This document shows positions 36,178 to 48,850 of a DNA stretch of 64,000 nucleotides, one piece after another; the stretch's first letter is position 1, and every line of letters starts with the position of its first letter. Both the position numbers and the translations under genes were made by a program. The notes under the pieces were generated by a model that was not told the origin of the DNA, searched no databases, and saw nothing but the letters and a program-made list of their open reading frames with translations. This stretch comes from Selaginella moellendorffii. Taxonomy: Eukaryota; Plantae; Lycopodiophyta. The stretch is taken from assembly GCF_000143415.4 (NCBI RefSeq), contig NW_003314281.1, forward strand, positions 1,837,882 through 1,901,881, given 5' to 3'.

Positions 36178-37470
36178 TTGCTCGAGCTCGTCACAGGCTG
36201 GTTTTGTGCATCGGTTGCTCTTTGAGAGCGGGTTCCAGTTCAACGCCATGGTAGAGTCCTCTCTCGTGGACGCGTATGGCAAATGCAAGAACGTCAGTGC
36301 TGCAAGGACAGTGATTAGCTCCATGACGGACAAGACCAACGTGGTGTCTTGGAACTCTTTCATCAGAGCTTTGGCCAGCAGCAGAGATGCGAGTGGAGCT
36401 CTTCAAACGTTTCGAAGCTTGCTCTCCAAGGCTTGGTTCCCGACACGGTTACGTTCATCAATGCCAGCCAGGGAGCGAGAACTCCTCCGGAAGCAAAGTA
36501 CCTCGAAGCTTGCCGCCAGGAGAGTGGGGTCCAACTGGACGTAGCTCTCGGCAACGCTCTCATCAACATGTTTGGCGGCAGCAGCCAGCCTTGCGAAGCT
36601 CGGAGAGTTTTCGATGCGACTCACAACAAGAACATCGTTTCCTGGAACGCGATGCTGTCGGCTTACTCTCAGAACGGACACTTCGTTCTGAGGGACGCTT
36701 TCAGCCGGAGTCCATCCTCGGACGTGGTAGCATGGACTGTGATGATCTCGGTCTATGCTCAGAACGGTCGACCCCAGGAAGCCATCGCTCTCTTCTTCCG
36801 CATAACAGTCCCGCCAGATGGCGTTGTCTTCGCCACCGCTCTGGAAGCCTGTGCGAGAGCCGAGAACTTGGAGGCCGGGAGAGTGGTCCGAGCAAAGATC
36901 GTGGACGCTGAGAGGGCGGTGGCCAACGCGGTGCTGGACCTCTACGGCAAGTGTGCCGAGATCGTCGAGACAGCGGAGATCTTCGACAGGATGAGGCAGC
37001 GAGACACAGTTTCGTGGAACACTATGGTGGCGGCGTATGCCCCAGCCGGGCATACCGCCTGGAGCCTGTGGTGCTTCCGGGCGATGCAGCTGGAGGGCGT
37101 TTGTCTGAGCGAGGTGAGCTTGGTGAGCGTGCTCTCGGCATACAGCCACGCGGGTCTCGTCGAGCAGGGCTGCCAGTGCTTTGCCTCCATCGCGAGTGAC
37201 TATGGGATGGTTCCATCGCGCGAGCAGCAGGGGTGTGTGGTGGATCTCCTGGGCCGAGCGGGGTCGTGGATTGCGGAGGATTTGATCCGGGTGGTGGCTC
37301 CATCCACGTCGAGCTCCGAGCTGTGGAAGGCGGTGTTGAGCGCTTGCAGGATCCACTCGGACGTGGAGCTGGGCGAGTGCGCGGCTGCTTGCGTTCTGGA
37401 GATGGATCTTGGCAGTGACTCCGCTCATATGATCTTATCCAATATCTGTGCTATGGATCATCCAACTTAG
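36178..37470 (+). pseudogene. Truncated PPR pseudogene (copy of ~30300..31820)
   Basis: 5'-truncated, frameshift near 36423, internal deletion of ~30806..31030. Confidence 0.88.
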
Positions 37471-38006
37471 ATGGAGTTTCTTGAGTGTGATCCTCGAAAA
37501 CCATGCAGAAAAACTTCTCTTGAGGACTTTTCTATAGCCTGTTGACATTGTGACAATGATATAGTCTGAAAGGATTCTAAGCTTGCGAAGAAACCATGCG
37601 GTGGCAAAGAAGGAAATGGTCTTGGTTCCTGCGACGACTTCCTTGGTATGACTTCGCAATGTCGGGCGCTGTCGAAGTTTTAGCCGAGAATCCCGAGCGG
37701 CTTCTTTTCTGGTCCACGGAAGACTTCGGGCCGAGTGGATAAGCACGGAAAATTGTACAAAAGTCTGAGCAGAATGGTGGCGTGCCAGTGACTTGAAAAT
37801 GGTCGCGTTTTTTTGACAAGTTGGCGAGTTTGGTGGGCAGACCAGCGTGATTAAAGTCTTTGCGACTTGAAAGATGGAAAGATGGGACCCCAGGAAGTAA
37901 CTCGGAAGCTCCGGATCATCTCAGCACTCAGTGGTATAAATTCGCAAGCTTTTCTCGAGATCGATCGCCAATTTAGAGGTTTGCTTTGCTCTTACTTTGC
38001 TCTTCG

Positions 38007-38267
38007 ATGAGGCGATTTGGAGTGATGTTCCTGGTGCTCTTGGCGCTGGCGGCGGTGGCTACGGAGGTGGAGGCGCAGCAGCAGTGCTTCCGCGAGAATG
38101 CATGCCTGCCGGGAGGATTGAGCTGCAACTCCTATTGCAAGTCTTGCCATTTCTTCCAGGCGGGCCAGCGATGCGTCAAGTGCAAGGGCGGGAGCTGCAC
38201 CCTGTTTGGAAGATGCATCTGTGATGCACCGTGCAGCGTCTCAAACTGCCCAACGTATTCAGGCTAG
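38007..38267 (+). CDS. Secreted 12-cysteine defensin-like peptide, copy B (86 aa)
   Basis: Identical signal peptide and all 12 Cys conserved; intact ORF; ggtataaa upstream. Confidence 0.85.
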   Translation: MRRFGVMFLVLLALAAVATEVEAQQQCFRENACLPGGLSCNSYCKSCHFFQAGQRCVKCKGGSCTLFGRCICDAPCSVSNCPTYSG

Positions 38268-38429
38268 AAAACAGCCTGACTCTGACTCTGTTGCTTGCTT
38301 CTCCCAAGGTCTTCATGAAATAAAAGATGTGTTCGGTGTCAGCTTAAGTTAATCAAAAGGAGGGACAAAATTACTCTCTTTAAGGAAGGGTAAAGTTTAA
38401 CATATAAAGCGAAACCCTGTTAAGGTATT

Positions 38430-39520
38430 TGCTTTCATTGATGGCACATCCTGTTGGCGATCAAGCGGAAGGATGTGAAATCCGGGTAAGCTTCGCAAGT
38501 AGAGAAAGGAGCTGGCTGACTTTGCTTTTGCTGCCAGTGGTTTGAAGAATGTTCCGCTGCCAGAGCCTACGATGCAAGCAGTGGAGCTTTCGGGGTCCTG
38601 CTTGGTCACGGTAGGCTAGCTAATTCACTTGGAACTGCTTTATTCAGGGGTGCTTTGGAGCAGTTGTCGATGATTCCATCGCCAACGGAGTCTTGCTATC
38701 CCTTATCATAAGATGCTGCTCTGAGCTTGTCAACAAGTCGTTTCCTACTCTGGTGCCCAGTGCCGCTCTTTGCTCTGATTCACGCTCCAAGGGAAGTCCT
38801 TGAGCTGCTCATCGAGTTTGGCGAGCAGCTAGAACGTTTTGCGCATCTGGTAACTCCTTTTTTTCGCTCATTTTGTATACAACACCCAACTGTAGTGTTC
38901 ACAGTGTTTATGGAAGGCCTACATGCTCATGCTGTTGGTAAGCTAACAAGCACCAGTTATAATTTATTCTGACAGTCACATCGCGAACTGCAGCTTGGAA
39001 ACCTTGATCATGGTCCATGCAGCACGACCGGTAGTCGTAACTCTTTCCGTGCATGTTTGATTCTTTAAGGCAGTGGCACTTGGAGTACATCTGGATGAGC
39101 GTGGGCACTGCGAACTCCAGGCCAGCTTCCACTGAGCTCTTCCTCAATCGACAAGTGCAGAGCAATCATCTGGCACTTCATCAAGAGACACTGTACAAAA
39201 GAATCCTTGGTGAGGCCGGATCATTCATTCGTGCTTTCCGTAACCGTCTTGTTTCTAGTGTCTATGGATGCTAAGGACGGAGCAGCGCTATCCGGCATGG
39301 GCTTGCAGGTGTTTGAAATGGCAGGGGCGCTCATGGCCACCGGCGCGACTCGCCTGATCCGCGGGGCATTTGACATTTTCGAGTTGGCGATAAATCGTGA
39401 TCGCCTTGTTTATACAAGTCAGTGCTATGGTTCTACGTTGAAGCTCGTTAGGGTGAGTTACATGTATTTGCAACTAAGTTAATTGTGCTTCTCTTTTGCA
39501 GTTGATATTCAGATTCTACG
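38430..39520 (+). pseudogene. Remnant of gene X, copy 2, with inverted inserts at ~39066..39205
   Basis: Homologous to 32640..33700. Contains an inverted PPR fragment and an inverted gene X exon. Confidence 0.55.
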
Positions 39521-39524
39521 ATCC

Positions 39525-40335
39525 TGTTTTGGTTTTTAAAAAACTACAGGCACTCGTTGAAGCCATGGGAATCAGCTCTATGCTAGGCCCTGAGGCGATA
39601 GCGGCAGCGGAGAGAAATGCCGACATGGTTGCTGCCAGAGCTGGTGCAGGCGACCCTTCAGCGATGGCGTCAATCTGCCGGATAGCTGCAGCATCACAAT
39701 ACTCGCAAGGTATGTAAATTTGTTTCATCCGTCAAACAAGTTTTCCTCTTTCTTTTTTTTTCGTATTGTAGGAGCTGAAGCACAAGATGCTGGCATGATA
39801 GCCATTGTGGAAGCGCTGAGGTTCTGTCTCAAGCCTTGCTCTTCTCCGGCGAGCCTTCTGGAAAACCTGGCGCGCTCCATCAACTTGGTTCAGACACTGA
39901 GAGATCTCGTTGGCAGCGGACGAGCTCTTTTGACAGCAGCAAACATCTCCAGACCCGACTACGAAAAGTAAAGAACAAAAACACCAGATAAACGTTTTCC
40001 AAGTCTCACTCCTTTGGATGCTTTGCTCCAGAACTGCGAATGCGTGTGCTGAGACAACCAGAGAACAGGAGCTCATTGCTCTCGAGGAGTGGCTACCGAC
40101 GCGGTCCTCGAAGCGCACAAGTGCCTGGAAGATTGCCATCGAGTTCGCGGCCTGGTAAACTTCTCGTCTCATCAGCTGGATTTGACACGAGATAGACTTC
40201 TTCTCGCGCAGGTGAACGAGTTGTGGGAACAGTCAGCCGCAACCGCGGTGGTTTGGATCACGTCAAAACGCTGCTGCCTGGTTTCGCTCACGTCAAGCAG
40301 CTCCAAAACGCCTTCTATGAGAAGCAGCTGCTGTG
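39525..40335 (+). pseudogene. 3'-half AUG5 pseudogene
   Basis: Matches ~51152..51980 with frameshifting deletions near 40090-40100 and 40260. Confidence 0.88.
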
Positions 40336-40416
40336 CCGTACAATCCGATGAAAGCACAGTACAGTTGCCACGTAAGCATCAAAAACCGTTATTGCGGAAT
40401 ATTCGCCAATTTGGAA

Positions 40417-40652
40417 CATTCGAACATTCGAACGCAACCGGATTCGAACGGGTATCGAACGTTTAATACCCGTTTAGCTTTTTTTCGAACCCTGATTTTA
40501 CGGTTTTTTTGAACCTTGATTTTACATGAACCCTAATCCTAAGTAAAAGAAAGCATATTCTTTAGGGTTTTTAAAAATATTCTTGGTGTTTAAACGCCGT
40601 ATTATACGTGCGTTTTAAATGGTGTTTTTTATTAATCGTACCCGTTCGAATG
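40417..40652. mobile_element. Small AT-rich insertion with inverted termini (MITE-like)
   Basis: attcgaacgggta (40442..40454) pairs with tacccgttcgaat (40639..40651). The segment is absent from the paralogous locus at ~52107..52185. Confidence 0.5.
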
Positions 40653-40668
40653 CAAGTGACTCACAACG

Positions 40669-41222
40669 TCCCGCTGTGCGTGTCGCCACAGCGGGCCGCA
40701 TCGACTATCCCGTGAACTATGATCCGGGGATCACGTCATGCCACCGCCGCCGCAACATGTATGGGCATTTTCTTCGATTTCGATTTGGTCCTGCTCGATG
40801 TCCGGCATCATTGCGTTCTGGTCTTGATTTTCCTGGAGCACAGGGATAGATCCAAGGATGAGAATGGTGAGGGGTTTTATTTCCTGTGTAGGCCAAAGAA
40901 ATCCATGACTTTGTGGATATTGAGTCCACTGCGGATCCACTTGAGAAGCGTCCTGTAAAATGGAGGAGAGCGCCTGTTAGCAGGGTGAATCCAAAGTTTA
41001 CCCGGGAGGTGTCACACATGAAGCTGGATAACATGTGTACCGTGGAAACTCGCGTTCACGACCCAAAGCTCCGGGCTCTCCAGTGCTGGTATCTTCCGAA
41101 ACTTAAGAGACAACCTCGTTCTCCTGGTGCCAAAGCCGAGGGCGCGCCGAGGATGTTCCGGGTAAGCTTTTGTTCTCTCTTTTCCTTTGAAGTTTGTTTG
41201 TTTACTCGTTTCTTCTTTTCAG
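40669..41222 (+). pseudogene. Partial copy of gene Y (5' part of 52181..52750)
   Basis: Near-identical to ~52186..52750; lacks the ATG context and the 3' exons. Confidence 0.7.
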
Positions 41223-41392
41223 CTCTCCGTCGCGCCCTGCCCTGGGAATCCGGTCATGGAGCTCTCTTCCATCCTCGAGCGATCTAGCGGCCACGAATTT
41301 CTTGGGGAGCGATGCTGCGAGCTTGCGATCGGCCTCACTGGATGCGTTTGAGCACCGGGATCATGAAAAGAAATGGCCATACATCCAAAGGC

Positions 41393-42400
41393 CTTGTACT
41401 TCATATTCTCAAGAACTTCCGAAGAAAAAGGCTACTTTGGTTTCAATTGACGAGACAGTGATGACAGGGGCTTCAAAAGAACCAGCTCAACAATACGCTG
41501 ACCAGATGCTGCACTACGAGCTGGAAAATTACGTCGGAAAAGATGCTGTAGAAGTTAGAACCGAGTCTGCTTGTAAGGAATCGTACAGTGGCGATGACAA
41601 GAATACTCCTCAAGTGCTGAATAGTCAAGTGGACGACTGGACCAAAACAACTACAATCGTCGGTGAGAAGGCTTGGATCGGTGCTTTCTAACTTAACTCT
41701 TGAAACATTTAAGTTTCCTAAAGAAGAAAGAAGTCACGAAGGTTTGCCGCTTTAACATGCTTGCTTTCTTTCTCACTCGCATTACAGGAAAAGAAGGAAC
41801 TTTTAGACGACTATAAACAAGGTTAAAATTGACTGGAGTGCTATACGGAGTATGAAGTCAAGGCAAGTTTTGTTTGTAAGCCAGCATTTCTTCTATTTGG
41901 TCTTCTAAATTCTTCTATGCTTGCTGATTGCAGATAGTTGAAATGAAAATGATGATGCTAAACATGAAATCTCAGTATCGGCAGCAGATGACGACTACCG
42001 GAAAAGGCCATATCAATGTGAAACTTCTACAGCTGCCAACGATGAAAGAGTTTTCCTTGGTTACAAGCAACCAAGCGAAACAAAACGTTGATTTTCTGAA
42101 GAAGCAAATGCAAAAGCTCAAGCAGGATAAAGAAAAATTGAGCAGGGAGCTCTTTCCTATGAAAAAGAAGCAGAGGTACATGTGTCATTATCCCAAGCCT
42201 GCTTCTTGAACTAAATTTCTTGCCAGGCAATCTGAGAAGCAGAAGAAAAGCCTTGATGATGCATTGGATAAAGTCTCAGGTTAGCAGACTGCAATTCCAG
42301 GAACTAAAACAGTATAATGTTCCAAATACCTATTGGGCTTAGTTTAATGATTTCAGAGAACTAGCAAGATGAGATGAAAAGATATTGGATCTCATCCAAG
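41393..42400 (+). pseudogene. Partial, frameshifted copy of the coiled-coil gene (~27974..29055)
   Basis: CTSYSQELPKKKATLVSIDE... and IVEMKMMMLNMKSQY... are duplicated with indels; truncated by the retroelement. Confidence 0.85.
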
Positions 42401-42404
42401 AAAT

Positions 42405-45140
42405 TATAAGTTATAAATTTTTTCTTTTCACTTTGCTAACTTCATTTCTTTTTTTTCAATTTGCCAACTTATCTCATCTCTGTCTTGGCCTTAATTAAGT
42501 TCTTTTATTAAATTTTTTGCCTATTGTATTAACTTTTATTTGGTTTTATTTGGATTGAGTTATTCATTACACAAGTAATGGGGTATTAGCTATTCATCCA
42601 TAAATTCTTAAATTCTTTCCTAATCCCCTTTCTTAGATATGATTGGATTTAAAGTTTGGTTACATTCCCTACAAGCATAAACAGCCAAGAATATGAAGCT
42701 TCCAACATCCCTAAATACAATAAAATTTAATCATAATACCCTTTAAATCTTAAACTTTTGATGCATCGGACTTTAGGGGGAAATACCATGGCCTAATGGC
42801 TTGGTATAGGTACCCTTACTCCCCCACTTTCATCCCAAAGAGAAAGCCCAAACCTTTATGAAGGAGCATTGTAATCGATAGTGGAAATTTCTCTTAAGCA
42901 TTTTCTTGAATGGTCTTTTTGGCATTATTTAATTTTGTGCTCACTCCCACCCAATGCCACTAACTTGTAGTCTTAACCTTAATTCGATTTGGAAACACCA
43001 TTAGAAAGTTCTTTCAAGATTGAATCTTAAACTTCACTATCTCTACTATACTTTTGGAGTATATCCCTACCCTCTGGGAGACGATCACTTTGGGCTTTCA
43101 CTTTATAACTTAAATTAGTATTTGGACTCAATCTTAGACTCAGTTTTATCTAATGAATTTTTTATCGTTCTAGTCATGATTTAAGGACCTTTTAGCCTAT
43201 GACACTTCAAGGAGTTAATTCTTTACAACTGTATTACCCATAGAAGAAGTTCAATTGAATGTCTCTATTTAATTTTACTACATGTTAACTATGTCTTTGA
43301 GCACATGCCCCACTTAACGGTGTGTCTAAATAAGCCTCCCCAGTTATTATACCCTTCATCTCACCTTGCCCTATTAAAGGGTTGGAATTCAAATTTAACC
43401 TCTATAAAATACATTTACAGATTTAACATCCTTTTGGGGAGTTAGGTATAACTCCCTATATCTTATTAACATATGCTAATTAACTTACCTTTGGCAGGTT
43501 TTTGGGTCCCAATATATAATATTACTCAATTTCACAAATAAATATTTTAATTAAACTTTGCATAAGTACATAAAGTTTTATCTTGCAAAAATTTCTTTAC
43601 TGAATCTCAAGTGTTAACTAGGTTTTCCTTTAGTTCCCATGTTACTTTATAAAGTGAACCTCCTTTCCACTTTATATAGAATTTTTTCATTTTGTATCTT
43701 TGTTATTAGCTCTTATGTGCATTGAGGATGGCCTCATCCTCGTATTCCTTCTCCTCTTGGATAACCTCGGGTAAAAGTCTCACTTAGTCCTTATGAAATG
43801 GGTCCTCAAAGTACAATTTGAGTAAGTTCACGTAGAATAGAAGGTGTATCTTTATCATCTCTTAGGGAAGTCAAAAATGGTAAACCACAATACCAATTCG
43901 AGCCTCAATTTCATAAGGCCCTATGAACATACTTAAGAAACTCAAGATTATATCATTTTTAAGAATATATACATTTTACCTTTAAGTAAACTTCTAAATG
44001 ATCTCATTCGGTAACCTTAAGTTCTTAGTGTTTAGTTACACCTCCCCAAGTTAGAATTATACACGTCAATGCTTCTAATTTGCATATTTCATTTACCTTT
44101 ATTGAGCTTGTTGTAAGGAATCCCTTACTAGATTCTAAATGTTGAGTATTTTTGCCGTGAACATATCTATTACAGATAACTTTCCATGATACTCAGTTAT
44201 ACCAAATTCTATAGAACCTTCAATACCTTGCCCTTTGATAACTTCTTATGGACTCACCCCAATACTTGAATGTGGTGAATTGTTATAGTATATTTCTATA
44301 AGTTTTAATTAACTTACCCAATCAATTTAGTATATAAAGATATAACATTATAAATAATCTTCCATTGTCTATTCACCCTTTTAGTTTTTCCATCTGTTAA
44401 AAAATATGATTGCCATCATACTTGATTCAATACTTAATACCTATTTGTGGGTGATAAGTTACGCTAAATTTAGCTTGGTGCAATGTAGAAGAGTTTCCAG
44501 AATTTACTAATGAAAATTTTATCTCAATTTGAGATAATTGTTTTTGGCCTTCCTCGCATTTGAACCACTTGTTTGAAGATTAACTTCATTACACCTTCCA
44601 TATCCACTTTCGTTGTGATGGGTATGAAAAATATCATTTTAAAAAATTGATCCACCACTATGAATATTGCATCAAACCCTTTTATTTGGAGGGAGTCTTG
44701 TAATGAAATCCATCGTAAAACATTTCTACGAACAATCAAGAATTTGGAAGCTTTGCAATAAACCCCCACTAGCTTTAGCTATGTCTCTTATCTGTTAACA
44801 TGTTAGATATATCTTTACGTATGTTTGGCTAATGATATTTCTTTTTGAGTAAGCCTATTGTCTTGAGTATTCTATTGTGTTCAATTTACATTTCATATAA
44901 CCCATTTTCTCTTTCTTAGATGGCTTGCCTCTTTATGCCTCTTGGTTCTTTAGTAACATGTTAGACCATCATCTTCATACATTATCTGCATATTATCCCA
45001 AAATATTATTATTGCGTTGGATATTACTAACTTTAAGTTTTTAAAACATCTGCTATAATATTATTTTTCCTAAGTTTATACAAAATCTCACTGCCAAAAC
45101 ATTAGCCCATTAACCCTATTTTCCTGTTTATTGCTCCAAA
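42405..45140 (-). mobile_element. Degenerate Ty3/gypsy LTR-retrotransposon remnant (integrase region)
   Basis: Minus strand WISLQDSLQIKGFDAIFIVVDQFFKMIFFIP...RGRPKTIISN is the integrase core. A GPY-motif-like FIGPYEIEARIG lies near 43890-43930. AT-rich with many stops; boundaries approximate. Confidence 0.8.
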
Positions 45141-45142
45141 GC

Positions 45143-46316
45143 TTCCCGACATAGTTACATTCATCAAGAAAACTCCTCTAGAAGCAAAGTACCTTGAAGC
45201 TTGCCACCAGGAGAGTGGGGTTCAACTGGACATAGATCTCAACAACGCTCTCATCAACATGTTTGGCAGCAGCAACCAGGCTTGTGAAGCTTGGAAAGTT
45301 TTTGATGCGACTCATAACAAGAACATTGTCTCCTGGAACGCAATGCTGTCAGCTTACTCTCAGAATGGACACTTCGAAGAGACAATCGCACTCTTCAAAC
45401 AGATGGCCTCGACCAAGATGGTGAAGCCCAATAAGCTTACATTCGCATCAGTTCTAAGCTCGTATGCAAACCTCAAGAACCTCCGGGAAGGAAAGCTAGC
45501 GCACGCAGCAGCAGTGGAAGCTGGCCTGGAGTTCGCTCATCCAGATGTACTCCAAGTGCCACTGCGTCGAAGAACCCAGGGACATTTTCAGCCAGAGTCC
45601 ATCCTCGGACGTTGGACTGTTATGATCTCGGCCTATGCTCAGCACGGCTTATGCCCCAGGAAGCAATTGCTCTTTTCCGCATGACAGTGCCACCAGATAG
45701 CGTGGCCTTCGCCACCGCTCTGGGAGCCTGTGCGAGTTCCGAGAACTTGGGAGGCCGGGAGAGCGATCCGAGCACAGATCGTGGAGCTCAGGCTGGACGC
45801 TGAGAGGGTGGTGGCCAACGCAGTGCTGGACCTCTATGGCAAGTGTGCCGAGATTGTCGAGACAGTGGAGATCTTCGGCCGGATGAGGCAGCCAGACAGA
45901 GTTTCGTGGAACACTATGGTGGCGGTGTATGCCCGAGCCAGGCATACCGCCGGGAGCCTGTGGTGCTTCCGGGCGATGCAGCTGGAGGGTGTTTGTCCGA
46001 GTGAGGTGAGCTTGGTGAGCGTGCTCTCGGCGTACAGTCACGCAGGGGCTGCCAGTGCTTCGCCTCCATCGTGAGTGACTATAAGATGGTTCCATCACGC
46101 GAGCGGCAGGGGTGTGTGGTGGATCTCCTGGGCCAAGCGGGGTCGTGGATTTCGGAGGATTTGATCCGGGCGGTGGCTCCATCCACACCGAGCTCCGAGC
46201 TGTGGAAGACGGTGTTGAGCGCTTGCAGGATCCACTTGGACGTGGAGCTGGGCGAGTGCGCGGCTGCTTGCGTTCTCGAGATGGGTCCTGGTAGTGACTC
46301 GGCTCATATCATTTAG
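45143..46316 (+). pseudogene. Third, frameshifted copy of the 29583 PPR gene (3' part)
   Basis: Matches ~30553..31790 with multiple frameshifts. Confidence 0.88.
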
Positions 46317-46810
46317 TCCGAGTGTGATCTTCGAAATTCATGCATAGAAACTTCTCCTTGAGGACTTTTCTATGTTGACATTGAGTCTCTAGGCTTGTGA
46401 AGAAACCATGCGGTGGCAAAAGAGGAGATGGTCTTGGTTCCTGCGACGACTTCCTTGGTATGACTTCGCAATGGCGGTCTCAAAGGTTTAGCCGAGAATC
46501 CCGAGCGGCTTCTTTTATGGTGATACGGAAGACTTCGGGCCGAGTGGATAAGCACGAAAAATTGTAAAGAAGTCTGAACAGAAAGGTGGCGTGCCAGCGA
46601 CCTGAAAAATGGTCGCGTTTTTCTGACAAGTCAGTCGATTCTGTGGCGAGTTTGGTGGGAAGAGCATGTCTTTGCGACTTCGAATATGGGACCCCAGGAA
46701 GTAACTCGGATGCTCCGGATCATCTCAGCACTCAGTGGTATAAATTCGCAAGCTTTTCTCGAGATCGATCGCCAATTTAGAGGTTTGCTTTGCTCTTACT
46801 TTGCTCTACG

Positions 46811-47071
46811 ATGAGGCGATTTGGAGTGATGTTCCTGGTGCTCTTGGCGCTGGCGGCGGTGGCCACGGAGGTGGAGGCGCAGCAGCAGTGCTTCCGCGAG
46901 CGTGCATGCCGCCCGGGAGGATTGAGCTGCGATTCCTACTGCAAGTCTTGCCATTTCTTCCAGGCGGGCCAGCGATGCGTCAAGTGCAAGGGCGGGAGCT
47001 GCACCCTGTTTGGAAGATGCATCTGTGATGCACCGTGCAGATTCTCAAACTGCCCAACGTATTCAGGCTAG
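46811..47071 (+). CDS. Secreted 12-cysteine defensin-like peptide, copy C (86 aa)
   Basis: Identical signal peptide and all 12 Cys conserved; intact ORF; ggtataaa upstream. Confidence 0.85.
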   Translation: MRRFGVMFLVLLALAAVATEVEAQQQCFRERACRPGGLSCDSYCKSCHFFQAGQRCVKCKGGSCTLFGRCICDAPCRFSNCPTYSG

Positions 47072-47269
47072 AAAACAGCCTGACTCTGACTCTGTTGCTT
47101 GCTTCTCCGAAGGTGTGTTCTATCTTCATGAAATAAAAGATGTGTTCGGTGTCAGCTTAAGTTAATAAAAAAGAGGGACAAAATTACTCGCTTTAAGGAA
47201 GGGTAAAGTTTAACATATCTGTTAGGTATTTGCTTAAAGTTTAACATATAAAGCAAAACCCTGTTAGGT

Positions 47270-48850
47270 ATTTGCTTTCATAGATGGCACAGTTGAAATC
47301 CACGGACGTCCTGTTCGAGATCAAGCGGAAGGATGTGAAATCCAGTTTACTTATCCGGGTAAGCAGAGAAAGGAGCTGGCTGACTTTGCTTTTGCTGCCA
47401 GTTTATGCAAGCTTTCGGGGTCCTCGGTAGGCTAACTAGAGATTCATTTCTGCTTTATTCACGGGTGCTTTGGAGCAGTTGTCGATAGTCTTACTATCCC
47501 TTATCATAAGATGCTGCTATGAGCTTGACAACAAGTCGTTTCCTACTCTGGAGCCCAGTGCCGCTCTTTGCTTTGATTCACGCTCCAAGGGCGAAGTCCT
47601 GGAGCTGCTCATCGGGTTTGGCGAGCAGCTAGAACGTTTTGCGCATCTGGTAACTCCTTTTTTTCCGCTCATTTTGTATGTGTGGTGTTCACTGGGTTTA
47701 TGGAAGGCCTAAATGCTCATGCTGTTGGTAAGCTAACAAGCACCAGTTATGATTTTCACATCCTAGGTGAGAGCCGCCCTTCTCCCGAACTGCAGCTCGG
47801 AAACCTTGATCAGGTTGCGAACCATTGTTGGTACGACCGGTAGTCGTAACTCTTTCCGTCCATGCTGGATCTGCAGTGTCTCTTGATGACGTGCCAGATG
47901 ATTGCTCTGCACTTGTCTATTGTGAAAGAGCTTTCCTTGGTGAGGCCGGATCATTCATTCGTGCTTTCCGTAACCGTCTTGTTTGTATTGTCTATGGATA
48001 CTAAGGACGGAGCAGCGCTATCCGGCATGGGTTTGCAGGAGGTGTTTAAAATGGCAGGGGCGCTCATGGCCACCGGCGCGACTCGGCTCATCCGCGGGGC
48101 ATTTGACATTATCGAGTTGGCGATAAATCGTGACCGCCTCGTTTATACAAGTCAGTGCTATGGTTCTACGTTGAAGCTCGTTAAGGTGAGTTATATGTAT
48201 TTGCAACTAAGTTAATCGTGCTTAGTACCGAAGCCATCAAGGCGGCGCACTCGCTTATTACCGATTTTGCAATCTGCAAAAAGGTAACCCTGTCTTTGCG
48301 GTAATGCTCGAGCTCACGGTTGATTTGGCAGTTCTTTCTCATGCTAACAATACCCAAGGGCATTGACAAGTGGCCGGTGGGAAAGGAAGGCCAGGAGAAG
48401 ACGTTCGCTGTTTGCTTTCGCCCTCTATCCGGGCTCTGATGAAACCAGCCAACAGTTCCTCCAGGTTTGCTCTAATCGGGGAGTCGACCAACAGTTGCAA
48501 CGTTGAAAAACTGAGCTCATATTTTGCGTGCTACAAGGTGGCGAGTACTGTGTACCTGTACCTGAGCCTCATGTTTAAAGATGATGTCCCTGCGAGACTC
48601 ACTCGGTTGCAGGCGAAACGAATTACACTGGGCTTTTTGGTGCGGAGGAGCTTGAGCGGGCAAATACGAAGAGCTAAGCCCACAATCTATGGAGGTCAAA
48701 GTTGATCGTGGTGCTTCTATAACGCGTAGAAGTGCGCTTCGCTACCTCGAGCATGCTCTACTGGCGACGAAGGACCCCAAGTTTAGGCCTTCCTTCCGAT
48801 AAGAGACTGTACGGTAGATAAACTGTACGGAAAGAAAGTTTCTATAGAAA
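47270..48850 (+). pseudogene. Gene X, copy 3 (most complete, but apparently still disrupted)
   Basis: Has exon-like blocks not seen in copy 1 (EAIKAAHSLITDFAICKK). I could not assemble a continuous frame. Confidence 0.45.
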
